DNA of 8,330 nucleotides from a virus: IMG/VR virus record IMGVR_UViG_3300022670_000564; one strand, 5' to 3'. Shown piece by piece: positions 5,188 to 8,330 of this stretch (position 1 is its first letter; each line of letters starts with the position of its first letter). The notes under the pieces were generated by a model. It saw only the letters and a program-made list of their open reading frames with translations, ran no database searches and was not told where the DNA came from. The position numbers and the translations under genes were made by a program.

Positions 5188-5370
5188 ATGCGCGATCACA
5201 GGCAGCTTGACCTTTTCGGCGGTGCTGGCCATCGGCACGGTGCGCAGATTCGTCGCGTGGTGCTTGCGCTGGTCGCTTCGATCGAAGCGTGTTGGAACAA
5301 GCCTGCGGCGCAGCGCCTTCGCGTTCTTCACTGCAACGCAGTGGGCATCAAGCGTATTCGGAGGTCGTGA
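5188..5370 (+). CDS. Hypothetical small protein (60 aa)
   Basis: GGGGGA lies 5 nt upstream of ATG 5188. The stop overlaps the next start (GTGATG). This frame is preferred over the overlapping 160-aa frame (5183..5665), which has no spacing to the SD and runs through the coat gene. Confidence 0.45.
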   Translation: MRDHRQLDLFGGAGHRHGAQIRRVVLALVASIEACWNKPAAQRLRVLHCNAVGIKRIRRS

Positions 5371-5510
5371 TGCTGCTCCCCTTTCTCTCCTACATCGGCT
5401 GCCGTTGGGCAGCGCGCCGTTTGGATCGCAAGCGCTTCGCTGGCCCGTATATGACCGCCGCCAAGCGTTCGCGACGCCTGCGTGCTCTTGCCGATTGGCT
5501 TCGTCTCTAA
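5370..5510 (+). CDS. Hypothetical small protein (46 aa), hydrophobic N-terminus and basic C-terminus
   Basis: GGAGG (5360-5364) lies 5 nt upstream of ATG 5370, and the TGATG overlap gives coupling with the upstream ORF. The product is MLLPFLSYIGCRW... followed by an R/K-rich tail. Confidence 0.4.
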   Translation: MLLPFLSYIGCRWAARRLDRKRFAGPYMTAAKRSRRLRALADWLRL

Positions 5511-5574
5511 GTTCCCTGGTCGTCGCGGTGAGCAACGCGGCGGCTTTTCTCAACCTCTCGATATGGAGGAAACC

Positions 5575-5760
5575 ATGCTCAAGAAAATCGCTGTTGGTCT
5601 GGCTTCGCTGGGCGGTGCTGTTGCCGCGAATGCTGCCGTCGATCCGTCCGTTACCACGGCCCTGACCGGCGCTGGTACGGATGCCGCAACCGTGGGCGCT
5701 GCGGTGCTCGTGGTGATCGTCGGCATCTTCGCGTTCAAGATGTTGCGCAAGGCGCTGTAA
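5575..5760 (+). CDS. Major coat protein precursor (g8p-like)
   Basis: GGAGG (5565-5569) lies 5 nt upstream of ATG 5575. The signal peptide MLKKIAVGLASLGGAVAANA has an A-x-A site. The mature 41-aa peptide has an acidic N-terminus (AVDPSVT..GTD), a hydrophobic core (AAVLVVIVGIFAF) and a basic C-terminus (KMLRKAL), the canonical inovirus coat architecture. Confidence 0.88.
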   Translation: MLKKIAVGLASLGGAVAANAAVDPSVTTALTGAGTDAATVGAAVLVVIVGIFAFKMLRKAL

Positions 5761-6092
5761 TGGCCTCGGGGGCGCTGGTTGGCGCTCGTTGCTTCTCCTC
5801 CAACGCGGAAGCGACGGACGCGGTGTATAGCGCGGCCCCGATCGGTCAAAGCGTGGGACAGACGACCTACGTATCGGAGTTTGTGCAGTCCTCCGGTGCG
5901 TGGGTCGTTCGTCGTTCTGTTATCGCGCAAGACGGCGCTGTGACGCAGTTGGCGGATGCTGCCGCGCCTTCGCTGTCGTTCCCGGTGTGCGACACGACTG
6001 CGCAGTTCACGGACGGCATGACCGTTGGCTGGGGCGTTGTGGCGGCGATGGTGGCCGCGTGGGCGGTGGTGGCGTTGCGTAGGGGGCTGTGA
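5760..6092 (+). CDS. Putative minor virion/membrane protein (110 aa) with C-terminal TM anchor
   Basis: Its start overlaps the coat gene stop (TAATG). The C-terminal segment is GWGVVAAMVAAWAVVALRRGL. It lies within the structural block. Confidence 0.6.
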   Translation: MASGALVGARCFSSNAEATDAVYSAAPIGQSVGQTTYVSEFVQSSGAWVVRRSVIAQDGAVTQLADAAAPSLSFPVCDTTAQFTDGMTVGWGVVAAMVAAWAVVALRRGL

Positions 6093-6184
6093 TGCTCGCA
6101 ACTGATTTCTGGACCTGGGCAGGGTTCTTGGCGGTGGTCCTTCCGGCCGCCGTTATTTTTTTCTCGAGCGGTGGGGGTGAGTGA
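6092..6184 (+). CDS. Small hydrophobic protein (30 aa), pVII/pIX-like candidate minor coat protein; not in the supplied ORF track
   Basis: ATG 6092 overlaps the upstream TGA (TGATG), with AGGGGG 5 nt upstream. The product is MLATDFWTWAGFLAVVLPAAVIFFSSGGGE. Its stop TGA at 6182-6184 overlaps the next ATG. Confidence 0.5.
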   Translation: MLATDFWTWAGFLAVVLPAAVIFFSSGGGE

Positions 6185-7446
6185 TGCGGTTGATGCTCGC
6201 TGTATTTGCGTTAGTGGTGACGTTTAATAGCGCGTTTGCTTCGACGATTCCGGTCTACCCGGTGCCGCCGATCGGCACGGTTTCGGGCGGTTGGGCTACG
6301 GTTGGTGCGACCACGATCAACGGTGGGGCGGCAGCTGTGGAGATGGAGGCTCGCGTCGCTGGTGTTGTTGCGAAGATTCCGGCGACTGCGCGGCTCGGTT
6401 CGACTGCGGCGAGCGTTGGGCTGGCGGCGATCCGCTTGAATCCCGTTGGCCTTGCGACCAGCGCCATCCTGCAATACCTGTTGCAGGCTGGGATTCAGCA
6501 GTGCTTGCAGCCTGGTGGGTGGTGTGCTCCTGCTACCAGTCCGCATGCGAGTGATCCGGGCTTTGACGGTTTTCAGTACTTGGTCGACAACGGGAATGGG
6601 GTTGGAGATAGTCCCGGTGCTGCTGTGACCTCGGCGGGCTATACGTTCGTTGGTATCGTTGGCCCGTGTTCTGGTGGTGGCTGTGTGTATGTCTCGGTGA
6701 AGAATCCAGCCGCGCCTCAATACGGCACCTATACGGTGACGGTGTTTCAGGGTGGCTGTGTGGCTGGCTACGTGTATTCCTCTGGTACGGGTACGTGCGG
6801 GCCTAACCCTAATGCACCCGCGACGCAGGCCGCGAATGACGCCAATTGGAACAAGGCGTTGATCTATCCGATGCCCGACCAGGTGGCGACTGATCTGTCG
6901 GCGGCGAAGGTGCCGTTGCCTGTCACGTTAGCGCCCTCTCCTACGCCGATCACGATCAACTTGAGTGACCCATATGTGGACCCTATCACGGGGAAGCGCT
7001 ATCGCGATGTGGCTGTCGTCACGCCTAATGCAGATGGCAAGACGGCGACGCTCAACGTGGTTAAACAGGAGGTCGATGCCAACGGCAATACCGCCACGCA
7101 GACCAACGCGAGCGGGGTGGTGGTCAATACGGCCCCTGAGAAGCAGGACGACCCGTGTACAGGGCACGAAACGCGCATGGGCTGTGCCGAGGAGGGGCAG
7201 ATTCCCGATGCGCCCGACCTGAAGGAACAGCAGATCAATGTTGCGATTACGCCTGATGGTGGTTGGGGGCCGGATAACGCGTCCTGTCCAGCTGATGTTC
7301 CGTTTACGGTGATGGGCCGTAGCTTCGCGATCAGTTGGGCGCCGGTGTGTAGCTTCGGTTCGATGATTCGCCCCTTGGTGATCGCTATGGGGTGGCTGGC
7401 GGCTGCGTTCATCGTGGTCGGCGCAAAGCAAGGCGGGGGTGAGTGA
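6184..7446 (+). CDS. pIII-like adsorption / minor coat protein (420 aa)
   Basis: Signal peptide MRLMLAVFALVVTFNSAFA. A large Cys-containing ectodomain. A C-terminal membrane anchor IRPLVIAMGWLAAAFIVVG followed by a short charged tail. It sits between the coat genes and the pVI/pI analogues. The ORF track start at 6181 is GTG; ATG 6184 is preferred. Confidence 0.7.
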   Translation: MRLMLAVFALVVTFNSAFASTIPVYPVPPIGTVSGGWATVGATTINGGAAAVEMEARVAGVVAKIPATARLGSTAASVGLAAIRLNPVGLATSAILQYLLQAGIQQCLQPGGWCAPATSPHASDPGFDGFQYLVDNGNGVGDSPGAAVTSAGYTFVGIVGPCSGGGCVYVSVKNPAAPQYGTYTVTVFQGGCVAGYVYSSGTGTCGPNPNAPATQAANDANWNKALIYPMPDQVATDLSAAKVPLPVTLAPSPTPITINLSDPYVDPITGKRYRDVAVVTPNADGKTATLNVVKQEVDANGNTATQTNASGVVVNTAPEKQDDPCTGHETRMGCAEEGQIPDAPDLKEQQINVAITPDGGWGPDNASCPADVPFTVMGRSFAISWAPVCSFGSMIRPLVIAMGWLAAAFIVVGAKQGGGE

Positions 7447-7721
7447 TGCCGATTGCTGCTTTTCTGATGGCCCTGATTGGGCCGCTTGCCCGCCAGTTGC
7501 TGGTCTCTATCGGTATCGGGTTGGTTACGTTTGTCGGGCTCGATGCGGCGGTCGGTGCCGCGTTTTCCGCCGCTAAGGGCTCGCTCGGTGGGCTGACTGG
7601 CTCGGTTGCTTCGGTGTTGGCGATCTCGGGATTTTTCACGGCGCTGAGCGTGATTGCGGGCGGTATCGTCGCGCGCATTTCGCTGATGACGTTGAAGCGG
7701 TTCGGGAGGGTCACGGGATGA
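7446..7721 (+). CDS. pVI-like minor coat/membrane protein (91 aa)
   Basis: Multi-span hydrophobic small protein lying immediately between the pIII-like gene and zot. Its start is coupled by TGATG and its stop overlaps the zot ATG (ATGA). Confidence 0.6.
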   Translation: MPIAAFLMALIGPLARQLLVSIGIGLVTFVGLDAAVGAAFSAAKGSLGGLTGSVASVLAISGFFTALSVIAGGIVARISLMTLKRFGRVTG

Positions 7722-8330
7722 GTGCGACGCAACCTATCACGCTGATTACCGCTACGCCTGGCGGTGGCAAGACCGCGTTGGCGGTACAGATGATGGCTGA
7801 GGCGGTGAAGCAAGGCCGACCGCTGTTCATGCAGGGCATTCCGGAGTTGCGTTTGCCCTATATCCCGCTTCCGCCGGTTGCGGAATGGACGGAGATGCGT
7901 GTCGATCCTGAGGACCCCGATCAGCGTTCGCTGCCCTACTTCACGTTTCCTGAGAAGTCGCTCATCGTCATCGATGAGGCGCAGCGCATCTTTCGTGTGC
8001 GGTCGGCGGCTAGCAACGTGCCGAATCACGTCGCCGCGTTTGAGACGGTGCGGCATACGGGTGTCACGTTTCTGCTGATCACGCAGTCACCGGGCTTTCT
8101 CGATTCGCACATTCGCAAGCTGGTGGGTCAGCATGTTCACTTGCGCGATGTCGGTTTGCTCGGGCGCTGGTGGTACGAATGGCCAGAGGTCGGCAATCCC
8201 GAGGCCTTCAAGTCCGCGCCGATCAAAAAGAAGTGGTCGCTGCCGAAATCGTCATTCGGGCTGTACAAGTCCGCCAGCCTGCATATCAAGCGCAAGTACA
8301 GCATCCCGCCTGCGATGGTTGTGATGATTG
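7718..8330 (+). CDS. zot: Zot/pI-like assembly ATPase, N-terminal part (runs off the window end; continues at 1..710); not in the supplied ORF track
   Basis: ATG 7718 follows GGGAGGG. Walker A is ITATPGGGKT, Walker B is LIVIDEAQ, and RHTGVTFLLITQ is a Zot-family signature. No stop occurs before the window end. Confidence 0.92.
   Translation, partial: MSATQPITLITATPGGGKTALAVQMMAEAVKQGRPLFMQGIPELRLPYIPLPPVAEWTEMRVDPEDPDQRSLPYFTFPEKSLIVIDEAQRIFRVRSAASNVPNHVAAFETVRHTGVTFLLITQSPGFLDSHIRKLVGQHVHLRDVGLLGRWWYEWPEVGNPEAFKSAPIKKKWSLPKSSFGLYKSASLHIKRKYSIPPAMVVMI
8187..8330. repeat. Terminal redundancy, right copy (identical to 1-144)
   Basis: Same 144-nt string as the window start. It lies inside the zot coding frame. 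Confidence 0.97.

Larger units (their letters stand above)
1..8186 (+). mobile_element. Complete genome unit of an integrase-encoding filamentous phage (inovirus-like), circularly permuted
   Basis: Full inovirus gene set: HUH Rep, small OB-like protein, about 60-aa major coat precursor, pIII-like, pVI-like and Zot/pI. Also a tyrosine integrase and a tRNA-derived attP. Positions 8187-8330 repeat 1-144 exactly, and the zot reading frame is continuous across the junction. Confidence 0.85.

Noticed and set aside
5510-5575. Stem-loop GTCGCG-(gtgagcaa)-CGCGGC followed by ggcttttct, as a terminator before the coat gene
   Set aside because: The 6-bp stem includes a wobble and the T-run is interrupted. 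A terminator directly upstream of the most highly expressed gene is also implausible. At most it is an RNA-processing or stability element, which is not supportable from sequence alone.
5183-5665. 160-aa + strand ORF overlapping the small ORFs and the major coat gene
   Set aside because: Its ATG abuts the SD with no spacing. It overlaps the well-supported coat gene out of frame, and its product is Arg/Ser/Leu-rich without features. The 5188 and 5370 frames, each with a properly spaced SD and coupled stops, fit better.
5550-8056. Long - strand ORFs antisense to structural genes (5550..6101, 6211..6720, 6928..7431, 6999..7412, 7409..8056)
   Set aside because: These are Arg/His/Pro-rich shadow frames opposite strongly supported + strand genes (coat, pIII-like, pVI-like, zot). 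They have no SDs or motifs.
8187-8330. Terminal direct repeat as attL/attR or a transposon-like terminal repeat
   Set aside because: The repeat lies within, and in frame with, the zot coding sequence. The true att-like sequence (tRNA fragment) occurs only once, so circular permutation is the simpler explanation.
1-8330. CRISPR arrays, rRNA, IS elements, secretin (pIV) gene
   Set aside because: No spaced short repeats, rRNA-like segments or transposase motifs were seen. No large OM secretin-like ORF exists, so the phage presumably relies on a host secretin, as many inoviruses do.

Overview
The window holds one complete, circularly permuted genome of a temperate filamentous phage (inovirus-like, unit length 8,186 bp). 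It also carries a 144-nt terminal redundancy: positions 8187-8330 are identical to 1-144. The redundancy falls inside the Zot/pI assembly ATPase gene and the reading frame runs through it. This points to a circular replicative form or circular-assembly overlap, or possibly a tandem copy, rather than att duplication. On the + strand the order is: HUH rolling-circle Rep, tyrosine integrase, an attP core that is the 3' part of a tRNA-Arg(CCG) gene, and a sigma70-like promoter with repeated operators. Then comes a tightly coupled morphogenesis module: candidate ssDNA-binding protein, small ORFs, major coat protein, minor coat proteins, pIII-like adsorption protein, pVI-like protein and Zot/pI. No pIV secretin gene is present. 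Three genes lie on the - strand. One is a Cro/YdaS-like immunity regulator whose helix-turn-helix is cut by an in-frame TGA at the conserved Trp. One is a DUF4124-like bitopic membrane protein. One is a 98-aa very basic protein with host-like, very high third-position GC. The ~870-nt intergenic region (710-1587) is mostly non-coding downstream of the - strand gene at 707..1003. It contains a 191-nt near-perfect hairpin whose G:T wobbles favour folding of the + (viral) strand, plus several GNA-type mini-hairpin motifs (GCGAAGC, GCGAAAGC, CCGAAGG). These are candidates for the packaging signal and ssDNA origins. GC content and codon usage suggest a GC-rich proteobacterial host, possibly Burkholderiales, with low confidence. 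All functional calls come from motifs read by eye; no database search was run.
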